A stretch of DNA of 64,000 nucleotides from a virus: positions 1 through 64,000 of the IMG/VR virus record IMGVR_UViG_3300009155_000040. One strand, given 5' to 3'. Position numbers and translations under genes: made by a program. Below the pieces are notes generated by a model. That model did not search any database and was not told the DNA's origin. It saw only the letters and a program-made list of their open reading frames with translations. Of the stretch, positions 17,353-26,703 are shown piece by piece. The stretch's first letter is position 1; each line of letters opens with the position of its first letter.

Positions 17353-18213
17353 ATGAGTAAAATTAAAATTGCAGAGCTGTTTTACAGCATTCAAGGTGAA
17401 GGACGCTACATGGGCGTTCCGTCTGTGTTTCTACGCACATTTGGTTGTAACTTTAAATGTGCTGGCTTTGGTATGCCACGTGGTGAAGTAAGTCACGAAG
17501 CAACTGACATTGCGGCTACACATACTATGATTGAGTCTTTTCAAAAGTACGAAGAGTTGCCATTGGTTAGTACAGGCTGCGACAGCTATGCAAGTTGGAT
17601 GCCAGAGTTTAAAGACTTGAGTCCTATGCTGACAAGTGATGCTATTGCAGATCGTATTGCAGAGATTATTCCACACGGTGAGTGGAAGGATGAACACTTA
17701 GTTATTACAGGCGGTGAGCCTTTGCTAGGGTGGCAACGTGCTTATCCGGACTTGTTAGATCATCCTAAAATGGCAGGACTAAAAGAGATTACTTTTGAAA
17801 CTAACGGTACTCAAAAGCTATCACAAGAATTTAAAAATTATCTAACTGTGTGGAAAGGACTTCCACGTCAAAAAAGAGAAATTACATTTTCAGTAAGTGC
17901 TAAACTTCCTTGCAGTGGAGAGAAGTGGGATGAAGCTATTCTTCCAGAAGTAGTTTGCGAATACGAAGAAGTTGGCACAGCATATTTGAAGTTTGTTATT
18001 GCTACTGAACAAGATTTTGCTGACGCAGAGTGTGCAATTGCCGCTTATCGTACAGCAGGATTCAAAGGACACGTTTATCTAATGCCGGTGGGGGGCGTAG
18101 AAAGCGTTTACGCACTGAACAATAAAAATGTAGCATTGTTGGCAATGAAAAACGGTTTACGTTATAGCGATAGACTGCAAGTGCCGTTATTTAAAAATGA
18201 GTGGGGAACTTAA
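17353..18213 (+). CDS. queE: 7-carboxy-7-deazaguanine synthase (radical SAM)
   Basis: ELFYSIQGEG..G.PSVFLRTFGCNFKC…CDS, VITGGEPL, ETNG, VSAK, LMPVG, RLQVPL. Confidence 0.88.
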   Translation: MSKIKIAELFYSIQGEGRYMGVPSVFLRTFGCNFKCAGFGMPRGEVSHEATDIAATHTMIESFQKYEELPLVSTGCDSYASWMPEFKDLSPMLTSDAIADRIAEIIPHGEWKDEHLVITGGEPLLGWQRAYPDLLDHPKMAGLKEITFETNGTQKLSQEFKNYLTVWKGLPRQKREITFSVSAKLPCSGEKWDEAILPEVVCEYEEVGTAYLKFVIATEQDFADAECAIAAYRTAGFKGHVYLMPVGGVESVYALNNKNVALLAMKNGLRYSDRLQVPLFKNEWGT

Positions 18214-18650
18214 TGAAAAAATTTGTAGAAAAACTATTTGGCATTGATAAGATTCGTGCAGAGGCAGAACGGTCTGTAGCCCTAGCAGAAGAAGCTGCCA
18301 AAGCAGCCAAAGATGCAACCGAGGCGGCTGAGAGAGCTAAAGAAGCAGAAGAACTTGCAAAACTGAGCGAAAAGGATCGAGCTACTCGAAGAAAAGAACC
18401 TTGGGTAGGAGTATTGAATACTCATGTTAACAAAGACAATGTACGCAATGGTTTTTTTGAGCTTGACTGGAATGAGCCATTTGTTGTAAAATTAAAGCAA
18501 GAAGGTTACGGTTTTGATGGTGACAAAGATGAAGAAATTGTCGATCGTTGGTTCCGTGAACTGTGTGCTAATGTAGTAGTTGATGGTGATTTTGGCGGCC
18601 CTGTGAATACAGGTGTGATTGATATTAAAACAGTGAAAAAGAATAATTAA
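18213..18650 (+). CDS. Hypothetical protein
   Basis: ORF track; TAATG coupling with queE. Confidence 0.7.
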   Translation: MKKFVEKLFGIDKIRAEAERSVALAEEAAKAAKDATEAAERAKEAEELAKLSEKDRATRRKEPWVGVLNTHVNKDNVRNGFFELDWNEPFVVKLKQEGYGFDGDKDEEIVDRWFRELCANVVVDGDFGGPVNTGVIDIKTVKKNN

Positions 18651-19636
18651 TGACCTATATTATAGTTGATACAGCAAATACATTTTTTCGTGCTCGTCAC
18701 GTTATCAACGGTGACGCTGATATCAAACTAGGCATGGCTTTTCATATTACATTAAACAGTATTCGAAAGGCTTGGCAGCAATTTAACGGCACCCATGTCA
18801 TCTTCTGTTTAGAAGGTAGATCGTGGCGTAAAGATTACTATGCTCCTTACAAACGCAATCGCAGTGATGCTCGTGCCGCACATACAGAAAAAGAAGCAGA
18901 AGAAGATCGTGTATTCTGGGAAGCGTTTGATACATTTAAAGAATTTATCAATGACAAAACTAACTGCACAGTATTGCAAAATTCACGACTAGAAGCTGAT
19001 GATTTGATTGCTGGCTGGATACAAACTCACCCACAAGATAACCATGTAATTATCAGCACCGATACAGATTTTGCACAGTTAATTGCACCCAATGTAAAAC
19101 AGTACAATGGTGTAATGGAAATGACAATTACACACGAAGGCTATTTTGATGACAAAGGCAAAGCAATCATTGACAAGAAAACACAAGAAGCCAAAGCTGC
19201 TCCAAACCCAGAATGGCAATTGTTCGAAAAATGTATGCGTGGTGATACCAGTGATAATGTCTTCTCGGCGTATCCAGGTGTGCGTACTAAAGGCACAAGC
19301 AAAAAAGTGGGTCTTACTGAAGCGTTCGAAGATCGTAAGAGCCGCGGATATGCGTGGAACAATCTCATGCTTCAGAGATGGACTGACCACGAAGGGTTAG
19401 AACACAGAGTGTTAGAAGACTACGAGCGTAATCGTAGACTAATCGATTTAACTCATCAACCCGAAGATATTAAGAAAATTATTGTAGATACTATTTCTAC
19501 AGCAACAGGTGCAAATAAAAACATCAATCAGGTTGGCATCCGATTGATGAAATTTTGTCACTTGTACGATTTAAAGAAAATTTCCGAACAGGCGCAAAGT
19601 TATGCAGAACCATTAAATGCGAGGTATACACTATGA
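18650..19636 (+). CDS. rnh: T4 RNase H / FEN-type 5'-3' exonuclease
   Basis: IVDTAN, YKRNR, EADDLIA, STDTDFAQL, GDTSDNV. Confidence 0.9.
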   Translation: MTYIIVDTANTFFRARHVINGDADIKLGMAFHITLNSIRKAWQQFNGTHVIFCLEGRSWRKDYYAPYKRNRSDARAAHTEKEAEEDRVFWEAFDTFKEFINDKTNCTVLQNSRLEADDLIAGWIQTHPQDNHVIISTDTDFAQLIAPNVKQYNGVMEMTITHEGYFDDKGKAIIDKKTQEAKAAPNPEWQLFEKCMRGDTSDNVFSAYPGVRTKGTSKKVGLTEAFEDRKSRGYAWNNLMLQRWTDHEGLEHRVLEDYERNRRLIDLTHQPEDIKKIIVDTISTATGANKNINQVGIRLMKFCHLYDLKKISEQAQSYAEPLNARYTL

Positions 19637-20109
19637 CAGACTTACATGCAAAACCAATCATTGAAAACAAATTTTGGATCGTTGAACGAAACGGAGAAAA
19701 ATTTGGCACTTTAAGAAAGAACGAAGACAATCGATTTATCTTAAGCAATGAAGCAGGTGTTAAAATTTACGACACTAAAAAAAGTTTAACTGATCAATTT
19801 GGCAAGGATTTCTTTGTTGCTAAAATTGTTAAAGAAGCACACAATGCATTACCTAATGAAGTTCATGGGTATAGCACCAGCGTTGAACCTCACAATGCAA
19901 TGTTTGACATACAACGTAAACTACCATTGTTCACAAAAAGTGGCGATAGTAAAAGTTTATATTGTGCAGGATACTATGTTATTCGATTTGAAAAAGGATG
20001 GGTTAAGAGTTTTTGTCCTAAACTGATCACTTTACAAAGATACGAATACAAAGGTCCTTTTAAAACTGACTTTGAAATGAAACAGGTACTTTCAAATGTC
20101 TCAAAATAA
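19633..20109 (+). CDS. Hypothetical protein
   Basis: ORF track; start moved to ATG 19633 (GAGG SD). Confidence 0.7.
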   Translation: MTDLHAKPIIENKFWIVERNGEKFGTLRKNEDNRFILSNEAGVKIYDTKKSLTDQFGKDFFVAKIVKEAHNALPNEVHGYSTSVEPHNAMFDIQRKLPLFTKSGDSKSLYCAGYYVIRFEKGWVKSFCPKLITLQRYEYKGPFKTDFEMKQVLSNVSK

Positions 20110-20344
20110 CATACCTTCTAATTTGCCTTCGGTTGAAAGACTGATACAGCGAGTAGCAGTTGCTGAAAAGAGTCAACAAAAAGACATAAAATTATCCTTA
20201 CAAGAAGCTCGAGACCTAACTGCTGAATTAGCCATCATAACTGCCAAGTTAGGTAAGACAGTTCAAGAAATACATCAAATGTTGTCGGAAATACGTGAAT
20301 CTACCACTAATATAGACGTAAAATTTGACGGCGGAACGTTCTAG
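20096..20344 (+). CDS. Hypothetical coiled-coil protein
   Basis: ORF track. Confidence 0.6.
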   Translation: MSQNNIPSNLPSVERLIQRVAVAEKSQQKDIKLSLQEARDLTAELAIITAKLGKTVQEIHQMLSEIRESTTNIDVKFDGGTF

Positions 20345-20349
20345 CCGAG

Positions 20350-20383
20350 ATAAATATATACGTGGTTAATTAGGAACACGTAT
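20350..20383 (+). promoter_or_regulatory. Late promoter plus RBS-sequestering hairpin
   Basis: ATAAATA (20350-20356), then ATACGTG (20358-20364)/CACGTAT (20377-20383) enclosing the AGGA SD; ATG at 20386. Confidence 0.6.
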
Positions 20384-20385
20384 CA

Positions 20386-20670
20386 ATGAGTAGACCAAAA
20401 CCTAAAGTTTTGCTTGAATATGCAAATAAAGAAACATTTAAGATCGAACAGATTCTTGAAAGTGATGCCATCTGGGCAGTTTTTTATAAAACACAACCGT
20501 TTAATTTAAAGAGCGGAAGTTTAGTTGCAAGTTATCCAGGTCCAAAATATAAAAAAGTTTCGTTTAGCAATCCCGGACATGCACACAATCTTGCTAAAAA
20601 ATTAAACAGACTCTTTAAGACAACAGAATTTACTGTTGTCAAATTAACACAAGGTGAAGAAATAAAATAA
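20386..20670 (+). CDS. Hypothetical protein
   Basis: ORF track. Confidence 0.75.
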   Translation: MSRPKPKVLLEYANKETFKIEQILESDAIWAVFYKTQPFNLKSGSLVASYPGPKYKKVSFSNPGHAHNLAKKLNRLFKTTEFTVVKLTQGEEIK

Positions 20671-20671
20671 G

Positions 20672-21061
20672 ATGGACCTCAAGGATACCTACACTGAGGT
20701 ATTCCTAAAAGCAGTTAACCAAGATGTTAACGGGGATATCATAAAACAATTTCGTTCTGCGTGGTGGTGGAACGTTAGAGGAAAATCTAGTGGCGGGCTT
20801 CGTTTGACTGACGAGGGGTTGAATTTTGTTCAAGACAATGCTAAAATTAAAACTTACAAAATAGACTTTCCTAAGGACTTTGCCATTACACCACAAATTC
20901 TAGTTTGGTTAGATCAATTTATTGACTCACCGTTTTACATCACAAAAAAATCAATCACTGTTTTAAAAGAAAAAGCCGCATTTGAATTATATCTGTTTTC
21001 TGGAGATATAAGAAAGATGGGATACAATAAAGCACTAGCCAAACGCTTTAGCCAAGAATAA
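20672..21061 (+). CDS. Hypothetical protein
   Basis: ORF track. Confidence 0.75.
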   Translation: MDLKDTYTEVFLKAVNQDVNGDIIKQFRSAWWWNVRGKSSGGLRLTDEGLNFVQDNAKIKTYKIDFPKDFAITPQILVWLDQFIDSPFYITKKSITVLKEKAAFELYLFSGDIRKMGYNKALAKRFSQE

Positions 21062-21081
21062 CCCCCCTAATTTGCCAAGTC

Positions 21082-21089
21082 TATAAATA
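21082..21089 (+). promoter_or_regulatory. T4-type late promoter (exact TATAAATA)
   Basis: Exact consensus 8 nt upstream of ATG 21098. Confidence 0.7.
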
Positions 21090-21097
21090 TTTTTACT

Positions 21098-21370
21098 ATG
21101 TTTGATCTTAATCCTATTGACGTACTAAATCAAAGAGAGATGACGGTGTTACCGCCGCACTTCTCTAAGATACAAATTTCCGACAGCGACCTCTTTGATG
21201 GAAAAATGAAGACGTGGGTTAGGACCAAACTAAAAGGTAGATTTTGTATGTTAAGAGCACCCGCAATTGACCAAAGTGGAAATTTAAAATCATCCACATT
21301 TTTGGCTTTTGAGGATCACAAAGAGCTAACATACTTTGCACTTGCCTGCCCATATTTAAGGAGAACCTAA
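21098..21370 (+). CDS. Hypothetical protein
   Basis: ORF track. Confidence 0.7.
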   Translation: MFDLNPIDVLNQREMTVLPPHFSKIQISDSDLFDGKMKTWVRTKLKGRFCMLRAPAIDQSGNLKSSTFLAFEDHKELTYFALACPYLRRT

Positions 21371-21598
21371 ATGACTGAAGAAGTTAACAACCAAGCAGCA
21401 CCAGAAGCACAACCAGCACCGGCTACAGAAGCACAGCCAGGCGCAGAATTAAACATCAGCGACCTTGTTGCTGTTAAGAGCATTATCGAAGTAGCATCAC
21501 AGCGAGGAGCGTTTAAAGCAGCAGAACTTGAAGCAGTGGGTAAAACTTTCAACAAGTTAAACACCTTTATCGAGTCTGTAAGCAAAAAGGAGGCCTAA
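21371..21598 (+). CDS. Hypothetical protein
   Basis: ORF track; GGAG SD. Confidence 0.7.
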   Translation: MTEEVNNQAAPEAQPAPATEAQPGAELNISDLVAVKSIIEVASQRGAFKAAELEAVGKTFNKLNTFIESVSKKEA

Positions 21599-21599
21599 A

Positions 21600-22238
21600 A
21601 TGGCAGCATTAAAACACATCGGTAAAATGAAAAACACAGGATCGAAAGTTGTTGTAGTTTTTCGTACATTACCCGGAGAATCAAATACTGCATTAGTATT
21701 ACCAGCTGCAACATTGCCGGACTCATATCATAACTCATTAATGGCATTGATCGAAACTGATCAAGCACAACAAAGTTTTGAATTAGGCGAATTAATGTTT
21801 GTGCGTTTATTCCCAGATGGTAGACAGATGTTACAGGCAATGCAACAAGATGGCAGGCTACAAAAAGTTCCAACCGATACTGTTATCATGACACCTACTA
21901 ATCAAACTGAAATTGTATTAGCCGACTTGAACGTTCTTATTGCTGAACAAAAGAACTGTACTATTGATGACCTATGTACATTTGTAAAAGGCTATCAAAG
22001 TCCTAAAGACAACAGTACAGAAGTTAAAACAGTTGCGGAAGTTAAAGAAGTTCCAGCAGCGCCAGTAAGAGCACAAGCAGCTCAAAATGAAGTATTAACT
22101 GATCTTGACATTGCTAAGTCTTATCGTAGCCAAGCAGATGCTATGTATAAAGAAGCAGCTAGATTGCGTAAACAAGCAGATGATTTAGATCCTCCTAAAA
22201 AGAAGGCAACTAAAGTAAGTGAAACTGCTGATGCCTAA
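21600..22238 (+). CDS. Hypothetical protein
   Basis: ORF track; GGAGG SD. Confidence 0.75.
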   Translation: MAALKHIGKMKNTGSKVVVVFRTLPGESNTALVLPAATLPDSYHNSLMALIETDQAQQSFELGELMFVRLFPDGRQMLQAMQQDGRLQKVPTDTVIMTPTNQTEIVLADLNVLIAEQKNCTIDDLCTFVKGYQSPKDNSTEVKTVAEVKEVPAAPVRAQAAQNEVLTDLDIAKSYRSQADAMYKEAARLRKQADDLDPPKKKATKVSETADA

Positions 22239-22536
22239 TTCGTTATTTAGGCCTCCACGTCATTTAGTTAAAGAGTGGCCAGAAGTGTTTGAAGATTTGT
22301 ATATGAATACCATGCCCGTGGCATATCTAGAGATGGTTCATCTAGAATTTGCCGACGGCAGGGTATGGCAAATCGATATTAAAAATCAGTTAGCCGAAGA
22401 AGCTGCTGAATTTATTGCAGACAAACTTTTGGAAACTTTTCAAGAGTACAAAGATGATATCAAAAAAATTGATTTTAAAATAGATGTAGAAAGATTAAAA
22501 AAAGATATCGCTACTTCAACAAAGGCTATTCTTTAA
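22231..22536 (+). CDS. Hypothetical protein
   Basis: ORF track; start moved to ATG 22231; last + strand gene, whose 3' end overlaps the convergent gene. Confidence 0.65.
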   Translation: MPNSLFRPPRHLVKEWPEVFEDLYMNTMPVAYLEMVHLEFADGRVWQIDIKNQLAEEAAEFIADKLLETFQEYKDDIKKIDFKIDVERLKKDIATSTKAIL

Positions 22537-23395
22537 TATAGCCTTTTTCTTTCATAAATTTAAAAATTTCTTCAGCCATTATTCTATAACCTTCTCTAGT
22601 AGGGTGCATACACGTTGTAATGTAATCTGTAGGTTCTTTTAATTTAGAATAATAGTCATAAAAAGCACCGTCGGCTAATTCTTCCCTACCGTCATATCGT
22701 AATAATAATTGCATAAAACTGTTGCACCCTTGAGGATATAAAAACTTATCCCACGGAATAGAATCTACTAATTCAGTATGCTCTTCTCCAATTTGCTGTA
22801 TAAAGTTTTCTCTAGTAATTCTTTGATCAAATGCACTGGCAACTATAAAATTCCATCCTTGGGCTTTGGCAAACATTGCTGCTTCGCGAATGTTTAATAG
22901 TGCTTCAAGGCAGACAAATTTTTCACTCCATATATCTCGAGAGTATGCTTCCCACAATTGTCGTTGTGTAGCATTTTTATCCCAAGGATTTGGCCACATG
23001 GCAAAAAAGTGATGATGTTCTTCGAATTGTCTATTAATAAAATCAAAACGCTCTATACCACTAAGCATTAAAACAAGAGTAGCTTCATTAGCTTTTTCCA
23101 TTTTAACTTTGGGGTTAATGTACAGCTCTTTTACACTTGCTCTATTTCCTTTACCAGATGCTCCAAAATTTACCGGAGTAAAGTTAGGAAGATGATTTTT
23201 ACAAATTTGAGATACCCAACTATATTCGTACATTTCAAATTCTAAATCTCTAGGAACCTTTAACGGATCAACAAATCCTCCGTATTGTTTATAAGTTTTT
23301 TTACTCCAGCTGCCTACTCCTTGAGTAAAGCTATCTCCTAATCCAATAATTAATTTTGAATTTTCATCTATTATAGGTATATGGATGTCATACAT
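22526..23395 (-). CDS. SGNH/GDSL-like hydrolase
   Basis: IIGLGDSFTQG, NFGASGKGN, CMHPTREGY. Confidence 0.7.
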   Translation of the reverse strand: MYDIHIPIIDENSKLIIGLGDSFTQGVGSWSKKTYKQYGGFVDPLKVPRDLEFEMYEYSWVSQICKNHLPNFTPVNFGASGKGNRASVKELYINPKVKMEKANEATLVLMLSGIERFDFINRQFEEHHHFFAMWPNPWDKNATQRQLWEAYSRDIWSEKFVCLEALLNIREAAMFAKAQGWNFIVASAFDQRITRENFIQQIGEEHTELVDSIPWDKFLYPQGCNSFMQLLLRYDGREELADGAFYDYYSKLKEPTDYITTCMHPTREGYRIMAEEIFKFMKEKGYIKE

Positions 23396-23397
23396 TT

Positions 23398-24654
23398 TTA
23401 TACTTTTCCTAATTTAAAATATTTGTTATACGCTTTTTCTAAACTGGCAAATGCAGGATTTATTTTTGTAGCATTCTTTTTTAGATTTTCATAATTGTGT
23501 TCTAAGATTGGTCGCATAGATTCAATCCAACTTGCTTTATCTTCAATTGCAATTATTTTTTTTATTGACTCAACTATTGCATCGTATCTTTCAAACGTTG
23601 ACAAGTTATCGTAACTTTCATCAATAAATCCATCAAACGTTTTATATCCCATGTCACGCAATTCTTTTAAACTGCCTTTGTTGCCTAAAATAATAAAAGG
23701 ATGAAAACACACAATCGGTTTGAAAACTTTTTCACTTAAGAATAATTGTTGATCAAAATCTGAAAAAGATGCTTCCGACACAACAGTGACCCACGAATCA
23801 AGACATACTTGATCCTGTATTCTTTGTATGTAATATCTATCGTCAAACTCGTTATTATTTTTTCCATGCACTATCAACGGTAACATAGAGTTTGCAACAT
23901 CTGCTCTTTCTTTTGGTAATATGCGATCTTCAAAATACACAGTATTGGTATTAAACGGATTCATACTTACTAGTCCGTGTTTTAATAATTGTTCTTCAAA
24001 CATTCTAATATAAAACCAAACTCTGTGCCCGCGAAGTCTTTTTTGTAGACAATTAAAATCTTTAATTTCGTTTATTTTTTTATATGATAAGTGTTTGTCG
24101 ACTGATGCTTCTAAAGCTGTCCAAACAGAATTATTATACACATCTGCTTCAAAATGCACATAGGGAATTGCAGTCATTCTATTTTCAATAGCATTATCCG
24201 TTGCCCATTGATCATATTGAATAGCACATAAAGAATTGCCGGTGGTGTAAATCACAGCCTCTGGGGGGATTTGATAATCAACACACTCTTTATGAAAAAA
24301 TTCCCATAACCATACTGCATGATATCCTTCCAAACATTGATCAAATAACAGCATTGCCTTTCCGTCACGAACATCATTAAGTTGTTTTTTACCGATATGA
24401 GAAAAGGCTGTTGCTTTGTTGTTTCCTATAGCTTTTGAATAACCTGTCCAATCGTTAGGACTATGATTAACACCAGTAGGTATAATGTACGGACGGGGTT
24501 TATTTTTCATAGAATACTGTCGTGCCATTTGAGTTCTATGTAATATAGTTATAGCCATTGGAGAAGGTGCAAATCGTCTAGACCCAGATAACACAACGTC
24601 CGGACATGCTGTATAATTTAAATAATTTTCTGAATCTTCAAATACAAAATTCAT
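23398..24654 (-). CDS. Putative glycosyltransferase (distant GT10/fucosyltransferase-like C-domain)
   Basis: VVSEASF…FLSEKVFKPI…PFIILG resembles the GT10 (Y/F)-x-(T/S)-EK motif; start moved to the ATGA overlap. Confidence 0.45.
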   Translation of the reverse strand: MNFVFEDSENYLNYTACPDVVLSGSRRFAPSPMAITILHRTQMARQYSMKNKPRPYIIPTGVNHSPNDWTGYSKAIGNNKATAFSHIGKKQLNDVRDGKAMLLFDQCLEGYHAVWLWEFFHKECVDYQIPPEAVIYTTGNSLCAIQYDQWATDNAIENRMTAIPYVHFEADVYNNSVWTALEASVDKHLSYKKINEIKDFNCLQKRLRGHRVWFYIRMFEEQLLKHGLVSMNPFNTNTVYFEDRILPKERADVANSMLPLIVHGKNNNEFDDRYYIQRIQDQVCLDSWVTVVSEASFSDFDQQLFLSEKVFKPIVCFHPFIILGNKGSLKELRDMGYKTFDGFIDESYDNLSTFERYDAIVESIKKIIAIEDKASWIESMRPILEHNYENLKKNATKINPAFASLEKAYNKYFKLGKV

Positions 24655-26015
24655 ACTGTTGCACACTCAAAATAGAATTCTTCCAATTCTGGAAAGGTTT
24701 TTACAAAATCTGTACCTCTTCTACGATCATATTCCGTGAACCAATTAAAGAAGTCGCGTTTGCCTTCTAACAGCTTCTCTGGGGTATAGATAGCTGATTC
24801 CATGTATTTCACGACTCTTTCAAATTTAGCATACTCTAAGTCGTTGAATTTACTACGGTTTTTATCGTCTAAATTGGCTAGAATGAAGTCTAGGTGCCGT
24901 TTCATATAAGGTATAAATTCATCTTTAGGCAAAATATTCATGTCGTACTGTAACGGTTCTTTTAAGTAGGGTGTATCAAATCGGATACGCTGCCATTTGT
25001 TTTGTTCAAATCCATTGTACTTAACACGCCACTCTAGAATTTTTTCTAACAAACTTTGGAAGTTAGTCACTGTAAGGATATTAAAGGTTATCATAAATGT
25101 AACCGGTAATTGAGTTTTTGTTAGATATGTATCTAAGTTACGCTCCCATACAGTTAAGTCCAATCCTGTACGAATGTATTCTGCCGGTGCTCCCCAAGTA
25201 TCCATACTGGTAAAAATTTTAAAATCTTTAATACAACTATTGGCAATCAAATTATTAACTTTTTCTACTAGCCTATCGATTAAAATCGGCTTGACTCCAA
25301 AATTTGAGTTGATGTTTAATTCAAGATTAGGCAACGGATTGATCAATAGATCATCTAATAGCTTCCATGTGCTAGATTGCAATAACGGCTCGCCACCAGT
25401 AATTCTTAGGATAGTTAAAGTCTTACTAACTTCCGGCCACCACTTCCACCACGCTATCACATAGGGATTAGTTTCTTCTTCGTAAATTTGAAACCAGTCA
25501 ATATCGTTGCGATGATTCTTAACCATAGTGTAAGGACCGTGATCTTTAATTTCTTTGTAATATGCACTGCTGTGTTTTGGATGACAATATCCGCATTTAA
25601 AATTACATTCATTACCAAAACTTACTTCGATGTACTGAGGATTGACAGGAGCTAGAGGATCGGCTTTAATAGCTCCTAATCGTTGTTCTGTAAAGATACT
25701 GGCATTGCGTTCATGTCTGTCGCTGATATAATCTTCGCCTAATGCTTCAATGTTCCAACAATAATTACATCCGGAAGGTTTTTCTCCTGCTATCATTTCA
25801 GCACGTTGACTGATCTTTTCTTTAGTGTTATGCAATGCACTAGGGTCTAGTGCAATTTCGTCTAAAGGAATTTTATGCGGGGCGGGATGATAACAACTGT
25901 GTGTTTCACCTGTACCTAAATAAATGGTTGTGTGATGCCATTTAGCAAGACAAAAGGTAGGAGAGATTTCATTCATTATAGGAATGAATTTCTTAATCCG
26001 GATCTTATCGTCCAT
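24651..26015 (-). CDS. Radical SAM protein with N-terminal Cys-rich (twitch/SPASM-like) domain
   Basis: CNFKCGYC, ITGGEP; N-terminal CLAKW…SCYH…CNYCW. Confidence 0.88.
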   Translation of the reverse strand: MDDKIRIKKFIPIMNEISPTFCLAKWHHTTIYLGTGETHSCYHPAPHKIPLDEIALDPSALHNTKEKISQRAEMIAGEKPSGCNYCWNIEALGEDYISDRHERNASIFTEQRLGAIKADPLAPVNPQYIEVSFGNECNFKCGYCHPKHSSAYYKEIKDHGPYTMVKNHRNDIDWFQIYEEETNPYVIAWWKWWPEVSKTLTILRITGGEPLLQSSTWKLLDDLLINPLPNLELNINSNFGVKPILIDRLVEKVNNLIANSCIKDFKIFTSMDTWGAPAEYIRTGLDLTVWERNLDTYLTKTQLPVTFMITFNILTVTNFQSLLEKILEWRVKYNGFEQNKWQRIRFDTPYLKEPLQYDMNILPKDEFIPYMKRHLDFILANLDDKNRSKFNDLEYAKFERVVKYMESAIYTPEKLLEGKRDFFNWFTEYDRRRGTDFVKTFPELEEFYFECATV

Positions 26016-26703
26016 TTAGTTTATCCTTTGACAGTTCATATTGTTCTTTTAACCAATCAAAATCATTTATCTTTATTAACTCACTTGGCGCATTTTGCCA
26101 GAACAGACCAAAATATTTTCCTGCAATTGCCCCCATATAAGCATGAGAGCCATATGGGACTGCATCGTTTAGTGTACACCATGCTTCTAATCGCTGTGTT
26201 GTCTCTAGGTCATCTTGGCGGTCAATGGTTTTACTTGCCAACTTGCAACATTCTCTGAAAGCTGATTTCCATGTATTGAACGAATCTGTATTGAATGCAG
26301 TAATGTTGCTGACTTCCGGCATTGCTTTAAACAAAGAACTAATACTTGTTGTCATGTCTGGAGTAGAGACATCCATATTTTGTGTTAGTCGTTTAGGCAG
26401 CAACTTAACTCCACCGTATCCGTATTCTAAATCATTGATAGGATTACGACTGCGCCAAACATGCACACACTCCAAATCGTATTTGCTAACTTCGTAATCA
26501 AAATTAAATGTATCAAGTATTTCTGCATCAGCATCTACTACCCAAAACATTTTTGTAAATGCTTTTTTTGCTGCGGCAATATGTGCTTGGTGTATTCCTT
26601 TAATTCCATGCACTCTGTGTGCGTAAGGAAACCTTGCCTTTAACTTAGCAAAGTTAGCATCTGCATTTGGTTCGTTATAACTGATAAAAATAATATCGTA
26701 CAT
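26005..26703 (-). CDS. GT-A-like putative glycosyltransferase
   Basis: DIIFISYNEPNA, WVVDADA (DxD), YGYGGVKL. Confidence 0.6.
   Translation of the reverse strand: MYDIIFISYNEPNADANFAKLKARFPYAHRVHGIKGIHQAHIAAAKKAFTKMFWVVDADAEILDTFNFDYEVSKYDLECVHVWRSRNPINDLEYGYGGVKLLPKRLTQNMDVSTPDMTTSISSLFKAMPEVSNITAFNTDSFNTWKSAFRECCKLASKTIDRQDDLETTQRLEAWCTLNDAVPYGSHAYMGAIAGKYFGLFWQNAPSELIKINDFDWLKEQYELSKDKLNGR

Noticed and set aside
22500-22560. Bidirectional terminator at the convergence of the two arms
   Set aside because: The two final ORFs overlap by 11 nt and no GC-rich stem with T tracts is present
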